Source: Candidatus Cloacimonadales bacterium
GTDB taxonomy: Bacteria > Cloacimonadota > Cloacimonadia > Cloacimonadales > DAONDQ01
Assembly (NCBI GenBank): GCA_963662275.1
Contig: OY759316.1
Coordinates: 1,120,001-1,184,000, forward strand
Direction of reading: 5' to 3'
Length of the DNA stretch: 64,000 nucleotides
Positions 42,354 to 51,530 of the stretch are shown here, piece by piece (position 1 is the stretch's first letter; each line of letters starts with the position of its first letter). The notes beneath the pieces were generated by a model. The model did not search any database, had not been told where the DNA came from, and saw only the letters and a list, made by a program, of their open reading frames with translations. Both the position numbers and the translations under genes were made by a program.

Positions 42354-43415
42354 ATGAAGAAGAATATCAAGAAGAACGAAGGGATAGGTTTTTTTGAAAA
42401 GTATTTAACGCTTTGGGTTATCCTATGTATGGCTGCGGGAGTACTAATTGGCAGATTCCTTCCGGGGATTCCCGCTTTCCTGGGACAGTTTGAATATGCC
42501 AAAGTATCTATTCCAATTGCCATCCTGATTTGGCTGATGATCTATCCTATGATGATGAAAGTGGACTTTGCCAGTATCAAAAATGTTGGAAAGAACCCCA
42601 AGGGATTGTATGTGACCTGGGTAACCAATTGGCTGATCAAGCCATTCACGATGTATGCCATTGCCTGGTTTTTCTTCTTTATCGTGTTTAAATCACTCAT
42701 ACCTGCCAATCTTGCGAAGGATTACCTGGCAGGAGCAATCTTACTCGGGGCAGCACCATGTACAGCGATGGTCTTTGTCTGGAGTCATTTGACAAAAGGT
42801 GATCCGGCTTATACAGTTGTACAGGTTGCAACCAATGATTTGATCATCCTGGTTGCTTTTACACCAATCGTAGCATTTTTGCTTGGTGTCAGTGGCATTA
42901 CCATTCCCTGGAATACATTGTTACTTTCTGTATTACTGTTTGTCGTTATTCCTCTTGCCGGTGGTATAATAACACGTATGATTGTTATCAAACGCAATGG
43001 TGAGGAATACTTCAATAAGAGCTTTATTACCAAATTCAATCATGTTACTGTTGGTGGGCTGCTATTGACACTGATCATCATATTTGCATTCCAGGGTGAT
43101 ATCATTCTTCATAATCCGCTGCATATTCTCCTGATCGCAGTGCCATTAACCATTCAAACCTTCCTAATCTTCTTCATAGCCTATCTGGCAAGCAGGAAAC
43201 TGAAACTTGCATACAGCATTGCAGCACCAGCAGGTATGATCGGCGCATCCAATTTCTTTGAATTATCTGTGGCAGTGGCAATTTCCCTGTTTGGACCCAC
43301 TTCTCCTGTTGCTCTGGCGACAATAGTGGGTGTTTTGGTGGAAGTACCTGTCATGCTAACGCTTGTAAAGATAGCGAATAGCACTCAACATTGGTTTCCT
43401 GCACTAAAACAGTAG
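42354..43415 (+). CDS. acr3: ACR3 family arsenite efflux transporter
   Basis: FFEKYLTLWV, MIYPMM, GAAPCTAMVFVWS, SNFFEL, VEVPVM. Confidence 0.93.
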   Translation: MKKNIKKNEGIGFFEKYLTLWVILCMAAGVLIGRFLPGIPAFLGQFEYAKVSIPIAILIWLMIYPMMMKVDFASIKNVGKNPKGLYVTWVTNWLIKPFTMYAIAWFFFFIVFKSLIPANLAKDYLAGAILLGAAPCTAMVFVWSHLTKGDPAYTVVQVATNDLIILVAFTPIVAFLLGVSGITIPWNTLLLSVLLFVVIPLAGGIITRMIVIKRNGEEYFNKSFITKFNHVTVGGLLLTLIIIFAFQGDIILHNPLHILLIAVPLTIQTFLIFFIAYLASRKLKLAYSIAAPAGMIGASNFFELSVAVAISLFGPTSPVALATIVGVLVEVPVMLTLVKIANSTQHWFPALKQ

Positions 43416-43435
43416 ATGAATCATGGTGAATGTGA

Positions 43436-43597
43436 TTGAAGTTCTTATCAGAGAAAGGATACATTTTGGTGGCATCACATATCGGTGGAGTACTTGATTG
43501 GGAGAGTGATGGTATGCCTATTTGCATTAATACGGATAATGAATTGGTAGGAGGTTGTGCCTGCCAGTTAAGACCAAGAAAATCCTGGAAAACATAA
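43436..43597 (+). pseudogene. Truncated C-terminal fragment of a rhodanese-like protein
   Basis: Hand translation LKFLSEKGYILVASHIGGVLDWESDGMP...GGCACQLRPRKSWKT*, with a GG...W...G.P rhodanese C-terminal pattern; in-frame stops immediately upstream. Confidence 0.5.
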
Positions 43598-43615
43598 TAA
43601 ACTTATACATTAACA

Positions 43616-45476
43616 GAGACTGTTCATGAAGTTATTCATAATATTCAATAAGTTAGAAAGTAGCAAGTTGAAAAAAGTGGTCGAAACGGTCATAATTTAA
43701 CATACCTTCCAGAATTGACAGATAAGCTCTGCTAAGGACACCAAATCACAAGTTAAGCTTTTTGACTAAAATTGAAAAACACGCGATTATAAGTAATGTT
43801 TCGAAGCCGTTTCTGACTAAATGTGTAGTTAAAATCATATAAAATAGTTCTTTACAAGTTTTTTGCTATAGCTTCAATGGCATTTGTTACCTGGTAACAA
43901 AAGGGAGGATATTATGACAAAAAAACACTCCAATTCAAGAAGCGGTAAGTGTTAGTCATGAAAGTAACCAATACCATGTAAGTATTAACGTACCATTTTC
44001 ATTCACTTTGCCTGAGACAACATCAAACCACAAGTTCTTAATAGCGTTTCTACGCTTATTAGTAGGAATAGGCGGAGACAACCTCCTTACACTTCAGCAA
44101 ATAGCTGATCTGTTTAACTACGCAGACCGCAGGAATGTACATAATTTCTGGCAAGAGTTTGAGCAGCATGGTCATGATATCCTGGCATATTTAAGCCGGA
44201 AAGTTGACCTGCTGGAGTGTATTCCTCAGATCGAGAATTTTGTTATCAATAACCTGCTTTTACCTTTAAATGTCATGTATCAGGAGTTCATCAGCCATCA
44301 TGATTTTAAAATGTCCTATACCACTTTCTGCAAATATGCTTCTCAGGTCAATTCTCTGTCTGTAGTTAAGCAAGCTCAGAAGCTTCTTCTGAAAAAGACA
44401 GTAGGCGGTGATGCTGTACATCTGCTGAAACTGCTTGCCGGTCAGCAGAATACACCTGTTATCTGTGACAGACTCCTGGAACAAATGAAGACTGCTAAAG
44501 GCAATACATCCCATAGAACCGCCGATGCAAAGCCGTTCCATAGTCTGGAACGCAAGAACCTGTGTCTGCTGGTACATTACCTGGTTGGAAGCGGTATGAA
44601 CTTCGAGACGATAGCTTTGCTGCTCAACACCTGTAAAGCTACAGTCTCAAATCTCTGGCATGAAATCGCTGACCTGCAGAGCCTGATTCTGAACTCAATC
44701 GGTAAGTGGAGCGGAAAGATCAGCATTGATGAGAAATATGTGAAGATCAAAGGTATTCCGTACTATGTCATCAGTATTGTTGATTTTGTGACTCACATCC
44801 CTCTGTTTTGTGAGTTGTATCCTGACACAAAGAAAGAATCATTCGAAGCATGTTTCAGAACCTTCAGACAGCTCTACAGGAAAGATCCAACCCTGATTGT
44901 CAGTGATGGCAGTAAATCGTTAGCAGTTGCAAGAAAAACAGTGTTTCCAAAAGTCCATTACCAACTCTGTAAGTTCCATAAGATACGAAATCTCTTCAAA
45001 AGAATCAGTCAATGTCATCTCCCTGAAGACAGGGACAAGTTCTTTAAGAAGAGGATTATGAAAGCTTTCCGAAGAGAAACGGCGGGCGGAAGGAAAAAGG
45101 GTATCGCAAGCCTGACAGCTATTACTCCCCCAACCGCCGCCGAATACATCAAAAGCAATATCATTAGTGATTGGAGACACCTCAGCAAAGGTTTGACTTC
45201 CAATGTCTCTGAACGCTGGAACCGCAAAATCAAGAAGGTGACATCCGGTAGATTTGGACTAAAATCTGAAGAAACCACCCGCAACCTTGTGTTTTCGCTT
45301 TGGTTCAAAGAACTGGTCGATAAAGGTCAACCAATCATGCGTCAGGAATCACTTTTAGCAAGTTTAAATATCTCCCGCATATGTCAAGAAAATGTGGATT
45401 GGTCGCACTTAGACCACTTTTTCTCTGTCACTACCAATAAGGCTGCGTAAAATGGAGGTTAATTTTGAACAGTCTC
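43616..45476 (+). mobile_element. Complete insertion sequence, 1861 bp, DDE type (family uncertain; IS256/Mutator-like or IS6-like motifs)
   Basis: TIR GAGACTGTTCA (43616-43626) / TGAACAGTCTC (45466-45476); 8-bp TSD CATTAACA at 43608-43615 and 45477-45484. Confidence 0.92.
44008..45450 (+). CDS. DDE transposase (natural start probably ATG 43914, out of frame by one base)
   Basis: ISIDEKYVK, IVSDG, CKFH, SERWNR; N-terminal HTH-like segments; frame open from 43918. Confidence 0.85.
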   Translation: MPETTSNHKFLIAFLRLLVGIGGDNLLTLQQIADLFNYADRRNVHNFWQEFEQHGHDILAYLSRKVDLLECIPQIENFVINNLLLPLNVMYQEFISHHDFKMSYTTFCKYASQVNSLSVVKQAQKLLLKKTVGGDAVHLLKLLAGQQNTPVICDRLLEQMKTAKGNTSHRTADAKPFHSLERKNLCLLVHYLVGSGMNFETIALLLNTCKATVSNLWHEIADLQSLILNSIGKWSGKISIDEKYVKIKGIPYYVISIVDFVTHIPLFCELYPDTKKESFEACFRTFRQLYRKDPTLIVSDGSKSLAVARKTVFPKVHYQLCKFHKIRNLFKRISQCHLPEDRDKFFKKRIMKAFRRETAGGRKKGIASLTAITPPTAAEYIKSNIISDWRHLSKGLTSNVSERWNRKIKKVTSGRFGLKSEETTRNLVFSLWFKELVDKGQPIMRQESLLASLNISRICQENVDWSHLDHFFSVTTNKAA

Positions 45477-45572
45477 CATTAACATCTTTCTATTGTTTTC
45501 AGATTATCCTTGACATGATATTTTATCTTTTAGTTATTAACAATTCAAAATAATCAAGGAAAAGGATGTCTT

Positions 45573-47102
45573 ATGCTGAATATATCAATTGCTCCTGATG
45601 GAACCGAATATCCTTTGCCAGTTGCAGAGGATAGCGAGAAAGAAAAAGCGATTCTACTTAAAATAACGGATGAACAAAGAAAGCTTGGTCGAAAGATTGT
45701 AGCGGTTCAAGGATTGGGTTTCGTTGGCTGTGTCATGGCTACAGTTGTTGCAGATGCAACCGATGCCAATGGAAAACCTATCTATTATGTTCATGGTCAT
45801 CAAAGAGCCTCAAAGCGTTCCTATTGGAAAGTTCCCATGATAAATACAGGTATTCCACCTGTGAGTTCCTCAGATCCTGAAGTACCTGAAATCTTCCATC
45901 GCTGCGTGAATGAAAAGAAGAATTTTCGTGCCACTTGGGAAGATTCAGTATATGAAATGGCAGATGTTGTTGTTGTAGATATTCAACTTGATGCCACGAA
46001 ACCTGCATTTGGCGAAGCTGAGAAAGGCTATTGCGATCTTTCTGCATTCCGGGAAGGAATCCGTATGCTGGGAAGATATATTAAACCTGAATGCCTGATT
46101 CTTGTGGAAACAACTGTACCACCAGGAACTTGTGAGAAAGTTGTCAAACCTATCATAGAAGAAGAATTTAAGAAACGCGGGATTACCCAGCCTGCATTAA
46201 TTGCACATTCCTATGAACGTGTCATGCCAGGTGCAAAGTATGTTGCTTCTATCCGTGATTTCTGGCGTGTGTATTCAGGTGTAAACCAGAAAAGCATCGA
46301 TATGTGCCGTGCTTTCCTAACCGATGTTCTTGATACAAAGAATTTCCCTTTGACTGAATTGGATAACACAAATGCTTCAGAAATGTCTAAAGTGATGGAA
46401 AACTCTTACCGTGCAACCAACATTGCCCTGACCTTGGAATGGGCTAAATTTGCAGAGCAGATTGGTGTCGATTTGTTCAAAGTCCGTGATGCCATTCGTA
46501 AACGTAAAGGCACACATGACAACCTTCTTCGTCCAAGCCTTGGTGTGGGTGGATATTGTCTTACTAAAGACCCGGTTCTTGCTAATTGGGCGATGGGTGC
46601 CTTATTCAATTTGGAAGGTAAGCTTGATGTTGCTATTCGTTCGGTGAATATCAACGATACAATGCCTTTACATACGATTGAACTGATCAAACCTGAATTT
46701 GCAGGTCTGAAGGATGTGAAGATCGCTGTACTTGGTGTTTCCTATTTGGAAAACTTAGGTGATACTCGTCATTCACCTTCTAAGACACTAGTGGAATTTT
46801 TGAATAAGGAAAATGCCCTTGTTAGATGTCATGATCCTTATGTCGAATCCTGGGCTGAGATGGAAGAAGTGAGAGTCTATCGAGATATCGATGATGTACT
46901 TCCGGAAGCAGATGTAGTCGTTTTTGCAGTTGGGCACGATGAATATAGGAAAATATTACCTCGTGAACTCATTGAAATATGTGGAACGAGACCTCTGATC
47001 ATTGATTGCTCGAATTTACTTGATGATGATACAATTAAAAAGTATATTGCTCTTGGCTGCAAGGTCAAAGGTGTTGGAAAAGGACATATCAGTCGCTTAT
47101 AG
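45573..47102 (+). CDS. UDP-glucose/GDP-mannose dehydrogenase family nucleotide-sugar dehydrogenase
   Basis: GLGFVG, ETTVPPGT, KVMENSYR, GVGGYCLTKDP, DTRHSP. Confidence 0.9.
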   Translation: MLNISIAPDGTEYPLPVAEDSEKEKAILLKITDEQRKLGRKIVAVQGLGFVGCVMATVVADATDANGKPIYYVHGHQRASKRSYWKVPMINTGIPPVSSSDPEVPEIFHRCVNEKKNFRATWEDSVYEMADVVVVDIQLDATKPAFGEAEKGYCDLSAFREGIRMLGRYIKPECLILVETTVPPGTCEKVVKPIIEEEFKKRGITQPALIAHSYERVMPGAKYVASIRDFWRVYSGVNQKSIDMCRAFLTDVLDTKNFPLTELDNTNASEMSKVMENSYRATNIALTLEWAKFAEQIGVDLFKVRDAIRKRKGTHDNLLRPSLGVGGYCLTKDPVLANWAMGALFNLEGKLDVAIRSVNINDTMPLHTIELIKPEFAGLKDVKIAVLGVSYLENLGDTRHSPSKTLVEFLNKENALVRCHDPYVESWAEMEEVRVYRDIDDVLPEADVVVFAVGHDEYRKILPRELIEICGTRPLIIDCSNLLDDDTIKKYIALGCKVKGVGKGHISRL

Positions 47103-47202
47103 GTGTTAGGTTCTAGGTTCTAGGTGTAAGGGGCAGAGAAGATTTTTTCCACCAAATACCGGAATACTATACTGAATATTAATATTGATTATTACTAAAG
47201 AT

Positions 47203-47229
47203 AAGCCCCGATAACGATCGGGGCTTTTT
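47203..47229 (+). terminator. Intrinsic terminator after the nucleotide-sugar dehydrogenase
   Basis: AAGCCCCGAT-loop-ATCGGGGCTTTTT hairpin with U tract. Confidence 0.7.
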
Positions 47230-47325
47230 CCATTGAAGAGTTAATTTCTGAACAAATTCTAAAAATACACATCCGAAGAATGAATACAGCTTGATTTCAT
47301 GAAAATGGATATTCTCAATCTGGAC

Positions 47326-47388
47326 TAGCACCTAGCACCTAGCACCTAACACCTAACACCTAGCACCTAGCACCTAGAACCTAAGACC
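47326..47388. repeat. Heptamer tandem array TA(G/A)CACC, about 9 units; short inverted array at 47100-47127
   Basis: TAGCACC/TAACACC/TAGAACC units read directly. Confidence 0.85.
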
Positions 47389-47430
47389 TTCTGCTTGACA
47401 AAAACCTCATCATCACTGAAAAGGAATTCA

Positions 47431-47518
47431 CGCCGAGTGGCAGGTTCTAAACTACATAGCATGAACTGTCACCGATAGGGTATAACGGGAAACGGTTATA
47501 CCTCCCTTTGGAAAGGCG
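47431..47518 (+). ncRNA. Moco/Wco (molybdenum/tungsten cofactor) riboswitch-like RNA motif, apparently lacking P3
   Basis: P1 CGCC/GGCG; P2 GUGGCA-GUUC/GAAC-UGUCAC; AGGG; P4 GGUAUAAC/GUUAUACC capped by GAAA; 3' CCUCCCUUUGGAAAGG matching the remembered moaA-leader consensus. Confidence 0.8.
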
Positions 47519-47540
47519 GGACAGAAATAACAGGACTGTC

Positions 47541-47568
47541 TTGCCTCCACGCATAAACATGGAGGTAA
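47541..47568 (+). promoter_or_regulatory. SD-sequestering hairpin (putative riboswitch expression platform)
   Basis: UUGCCUCCA (47541-47549) pairs with UGGAGGUAA (47560-47568), covering the GGAGG just before ATG 47570. Confidence 0.7.
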
Positions 47569-47569
47569 C

Positions 47570-48403
47570 ATGAAAAAGCTACTATTACTAACTCTCACAA
47601 TTGCAATGCTCTTTGTGCTTTTCGGATGCAGCGAAAAGGATAAGAGTCCCACGAAGGTTTATGGCTATAAACTGGATCAGTTCATTTCAAAAACAGCAGT
47701 ATTTGATTCTACTACTCATTCAACTTCTATGGCTGATTCAGTCGAAATTCGTAATCTTTACGCTTATGAAATTGTCAGTGCTGATTCTGATCACTGGAGT
47801 CCTCGTACTGCTACTTCTACAGCAGGATATGATTTATCTTGGAACCAGTTTAAGAATGGATTCTATATGCCCTCAGATGCTAATCTGATATCGTGGTTTC
47901 CGAATACTACTCTCCCTGGAGCTTTTAAAGTTAAACGTGTCGGTTTCTTCAGATTATATCGAAAAATAGATGTAACTGCTTCTGACGGTTCAACAAAGAT
48001 GGTCGAATTGAAGAGTTTACCTTTGTTTCCCATCGATAATTGGAATCATGTACAGGAAAATGCGATTAAATTAAGTGATTTAGTACAGGGAATTGCAGCT
48101 TATGATTCACTGAAAATGGTGGGAGTAGATGGTTTTTCACGTACATATAGTTCTGCACAAATTGCGGATGGTTACTACTTGTTAGATTCAGAAGTAACTA
48201 CTTTCCCATTACTTAATGGAACTACACTCACTCCTGGAATATGGAAAGTAAAGAATCTGGCTTATATAGATGTTATAGGTGTCTCTTCACCTCAATCCTT
48301 TACATTCATCAATGCTCTTGAAGAAACAGCAGATATGATCTTTCTGATGCCTTCGAGCATGAATAGTTATACAACAACAGATGTTACCGGACTATCGAAG
48401 TAG
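47570..48403 (+). CDS. Lipoprotein with two degenerate Moco-binding-like repeats
   Basis: Lipobox LFGC; repeats GYKLDQFI...VSAD...FKVKRV and AIKLSDLV...VGVDGF...WKVKNLAYI. Confidence 0.6.
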   Translation: MKKLLLLTLTIAMLFVLFGCSEKDKSPTKVYGYKLDQFISKTAVFDSTTHSTSMADSVEIRNLYAYEIVSADSDHWSPRTATSTAGYDLSWNQFKNGFYMPSDANLISWFPNTTLPGAFKVKRVGFFRLYRKIDVTASDGSTKMVELKSLPLFPIDNWNHVQENAIKLSDLVQGIAAYDSLKMVGVDGFSRTYSSAQIADGYYLLDSEVTTFPLLNGTTLTPGIWKVKNLAYIDVIGVSSPQSFTFINALEETADMIFLMPSSMNSYTTTDVTGLSK

Positions 48404-48413
48404 TAAATCACTC

Positions 48414-48968
48414 ATGTGGGATAAATTCTTTCGCAGGTTCAGTACACATGATCTGCTTTTAATATCGTTATTCAGCGCTTTGGGATTGGCGATTAAACCA
48501 ATCGTCACTCCCTTGGTGCACTTGATCTCCATGCCGCTAATGATTCCAGGCGGTTCTCTTGCTGGCGGGTTTTATATGATGTGGCTGGCTATGGCAGTTG
48601 CTTTAATACCGAAATTTGGAACAGGGTTTCTTGTTGGAATCGTTCAAGCCCTTTCAATTCTGGTCTTAGGTATTACCGGAAGTCATGGGATAGTATCGAT
48701 CATCAGTTATTCTCTCCCAGGTTTATTGATAGACATTTGTGCTCTTATGATTAAACATAGAGCCTGTTTATGGGCACAAATTCTATTCGTGATCATCGCT
48801 AATGTAACAGGTACGATCATGGTGACGCTACTAATCATGCGATTATCAATCATACCGGCTATGATTGCTCTAACCAGTGCTGCTATATCCGGGTGTCTTG
48901 GTGGTTTGCTTTCTTTTTGGTTGATTAAAAAAATGATTGCATATCATTTAGTTACTATTGAGGATTGA
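48414..48968 (+). CDS. ECF transporter S component (likely start ATG 48414; track start 48381)
   Basis: About 185 aa with six TM helices; ST.DL..I.LFSAL, PKFG, PGLL.D pattern; ECF A and T genes in the same operon. Confidence 0.75.
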   Translation: MWDKFFRRFSTHDLLLISLFSALGLAIKPIVTPLVHLISMPLMIPGGSLAGGFYMMWLAMAVALIPKFGTGFLVGIVQALSILVLGITGSHGIVSIISYSLPGLLIDICALMIKHRACLWAQILFVIIANVTGTIMVTLLIMRLSIIPAMIALTSAAISGCLGGLLSFWLIKKMIAYHLVTIED

Positions 48969-48971
48969 ACT

Positions 48972-49940
48972 ATGCGTAATGTTGTTTTAAGTTTGATAAT
49001 AATACTTGCAATGTGTCTGCCATCCATTCTAATTGGCTGGGTAGTAACCAATTCAGATGGAGGTACGAAAGTGTTTACAAATGACAGCTTTTCTAAGCTG
49101 CCTATGATTGAAGTAAAGACAGAACGGGATAAGAAGGGACAGCATCTTTCTGATCAATGGAAAGGATTTCTTCTTCAGGATTGGCTGGAGAAGAATGGTT
49201 ATACTGATTTCGGTGAGATTATTTTGGAATCTTCAGATCATTACCAGGTTCGATTATCTAAAGATGATTTGGTCAAACAGGAAGCATTGATAGCGATATT
49301 CCAAAATAATCAGCCACTTGAGCAAAAGGATATACGCCTCATACTTCCCGCTATGCGAGATATGTACTGGATTACGAACATTTCAAAGATTACACTTCAG
49401 GATAAAGATCAAGCCAACATTCCCAGTTGCATATATTGGGCAGAACCGATTATTCATGCCAAACAGCTAAGAACTGATATCGTACCATTCAAGGATATGA
49501 AGGGTTATGCTTTTACGGATTTACTTGAACCCAATATTCCCTTCCCTGATGGCGATGTCTTAGTGATGGGCAAAGATGGAGTCAGGCATCTATTGGATTA
49601 TCGCAAATTCTTAAAAAAGGCAGTACTGGAAAAGACAGAAAGCGAAGGTTATTGGCTCAAAAGTCCGGATATGCCAGCAGGAATGTGGATTAAGAACATC
49701 GCTTATGTTCAATTCAGTAAAACAGGTATACTTTTCAAAGAGGCTTTTCAGAAGAAATCATTACAGGATTTAGCTGATATGCTTCTCTGGAAGAATGTGA
49801 CTGCCTTCATACCTATTGAAAAAGATACACCGGCTAATGAGATCAAGTCATGGGAAAACAAGGAATTAAAATTACAAATGATAAACTTGTCGAACGCTCT
49901 AATTACTCATTATCCATCGATTCAACTGAAGGTCAAATGA
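48972..49940 (+). CDS. Exported protein with two sulfite-oxidase-like (Oxidored_molyb) domain repeats, no catalytic Cys apparent
   Basis: WKGFLLQDWL...ESSDHY...LIAIFQNNQPL...RLILP...WITNISKI; second repeat KGY.FTDLL...GKDG...WIKNIAYV. Confidence 0.6.
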   Translation: MRNVVLSLIIILAMCLPSILIGWVVTNSDGGTKVFTNDSFSKLPMIEVKTERDKKGQHLSDQWKGFLLQDWLEKNGYTDFGEIILESSDHYQVRLSKDDLVKQEALIAIFQNNQPLEQKDIRLILPAMRDMYWITNISKITLQDKDQANIPSCIYWAEPIIHAKQLRTDIVPFKDMKGYAFTDLLEPNIPFPDGDVLVMGKDGVRHLLDYRKFLKKAVLEKTESEGYWLKSPDMPAGMWIKNIAYVQFSKTGILFKEAFQKKSLQDLADMLLWKNVTAFIPIEKDTPANEIKSWENKELKLQMINLSNALITHYPSIQLKVK

Positions 49941-50398
49941 AGAAATTAGTTGTGATTATTCTTATTACTTTCGCATTGCTCTTGTTGTGGTCGAAACCAT
50001 TGCCTTTGTATATAGATGGTTCTCAGAATCCTATGATCATTCATAATACGAATCTTGGTGACTTTGTTCAGACTCAAATACCTTTCGTGAAAGCTGCTCT
50101 TATCGTAGGTTCTGATTCAATAGCTGTTGGAGTAACTGCAGATGAATTCGGAATGATAAGTTTAAAGTATGAAAATAATGAGTGGTTTGTAGAAAACGAT
50201 TCCCTGCCTTCACCAGCCAATATCAGGGACATTTCTAAAATCTATTTGTATAATCCATTTGCTTCAGTTACATCATCCAGTGATTCAAATCGTTTTCAAT
50301 TCACGGACATAAGGAATAATGCAGATTTTCTCGGACAGGCAGAAAAGAATGGTTATATTATCTGGAAATATCGTATTCATCAAGGAGTTAATAAATGA
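49937..50398 (+). CDS. Exported hypothetical protein, possibly a highly degenerate member of the same fold (start ATG 49937)
   Basis: Signal peptide MKKLVVII; ATGA overlap with the previous gene; IVGSD...NIRDISKI. Confidence 0.5.
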   Translation: MKKLVVIILITFALLLLWSKPLPLYIDGSQNPMIIHNTNLGDFVQTQIPFVKAALIVGSDSIAVGVTADEFGMISLKYENNEWFVENDSLPSPANIRDISKIYLYNPFASVTSSSDSNRFQFTDIRNNADFLGQAEKNGYIIWKYRIHQGVNK

Positions 50399-50835
50399 AA
50401 CCAATTCCCATATTACTTATCGGCCTTGTATTAATCCTGACAGCATTAGAGCTATGTTCCAAACAAATCATACCAAGTACAGGAATTATTCAAATCGTCA
50501 CCGAAAAGAAAACATACAATATAGCTGATCATATCTTTCAAAGACAAATGACCCAAAAAGTCAAAGCTAAACGAGGTTCGGTATGGCATGGAGTGTATCT
50601 TGCCAAATTCTTTACGGAGAATGGATTCGATGTTAAAAAATATCAGCAATGCACTTTGGTGGCAAAAGATGGAATGCGGATCACGATTCCGATGGATGAA
50701 ATTACCGATAACCAGGCATTTATTACTTTTGTGAAAGATAAGAAAAGCGGTAAGTATGATTTGAAACTTATCATGCTGCAGGACTCTTTTGAGCAGCGTT
50801 GGCTGAAATATATTGTTCAAATCATACTGGAATAA
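50395..50835 (+). CDS. Exported single Oxidored_molyb-like domain protein
   Basis: Signal-like N-terminus; WHGVYLAKF...VAKDGM.I.IPMDEI...LKLIM...WLKYIVQI. Confidence 0.6.
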   Translation: MKPIPILLIGLVLILTALELCSKQIIPSTGIIQIVTEKKTYNIADHIFQRQMTQKVKAKRGSVWHGVYLAKFFTENGFDVKKYQQCTLVAKDGMRITIPMDEITDNQAFITFVKDKKSGKYDLKLIMLQDSFEQRWLKYIVQIILE

Positions 50836-50837
50836 GA

Positions 50838-51530
50838 GTGTCATCATCTTCTTCACTTGAACTGATTGATTTATCTTTCCAATATCACAAAGAATATGAC
50901 TGGTTATTCAGAAATCTGACATTTCAATTTGAAAAGGGCAGCATTACTGCAATAACCGGTCCCAATGGCAGTGGTAAAACAACGTTACTTTATACAATCT
51001 GCGGAATCATTCCGCTGTTGTTTAAAGGAAATCTGCAAGGTCAGGTGAATTACTCTGATAAGGACATTTCCAAATATTCTTTACCCCAACTTTCGAAATG
51101 GATGAATATACTGCTGCAAGACCCAAATTATCAATTAGTGTTTCCAATTGTTGAACAGGAAATTGCATTTGGAGCTGAGAACTTGTGTTTACCTGTTTCT
51201 CAAATCGAGAAAAGAATTTGTAGAAACCTCAATCTCCTGGGAATCGAGGATTTACGCTTTGCCCACACCGCTGAATTATCCTATGGTCAAAAAAAGATGG
51301 TTTCGCTTGCATCCTTATTAGTAATGGAAAGCCAGATTCTGATCCTGGATGAACCTTCAGCCGGATTGGATGAATATGCATGTGAACTGCTAAAGACTCT
51401 GCTGCTGAATTTATCCGCTGAGGGAAGAATCATTATCTTTGCAGATCATAATTCCGAATTAGTGCAAATTGCTCATCACCGGATTACTATGCCGTATTTT
51501 TTGAACAAGGTCGATACTGATGATCTATAA
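50838..51530 (+). CDS. ECF-type ABC ATPase (likely start GTG 50838; track start 50799)
   Basis: GPNGSGKTT, LQDP..Q....VEQEIAFG.EN, LSYGQKK, ILDEP. Confidence 0.85.
   Translation: MSSSSSLELIDLSFQYHKEYDWLFRNLTFQFEKGSITAITGPNGSGKTTLLYTICGIIPLLFKGNLQGQVNYSDKDISKYSLPQLSKWMNILLQDPNYQLVFPIVEQEIAFGAENLCLPVSQIEKRICRNLNLLGIEDLRFAHTAELSYGQKKMVSLASLLVMESQILILDEPSAGLDEYACELLKTLLLNLSAEGRIIIFADHNSELVQIAHHRITMPYFLNKVDTDDL

Noticed and set aside
43420..43440. Selenocysteine read-through of the TGA codons before the rhodanese fragment
   Set aside because: Two close in-frame TGAs, no intact upstream rhodanese sequence or start, and no evident SECIS; truncation is simpler
47431..47518. Cobalamin riboswitch (suggested by the TonB receptor + ECF context)
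   Set aside because: Lacks the B12-box and the GGGAA...GGUG.AA.UCC arrangement; fits the Moco motif (GAAA-capped P4, CCUCCC..UUGGAAAGG) better
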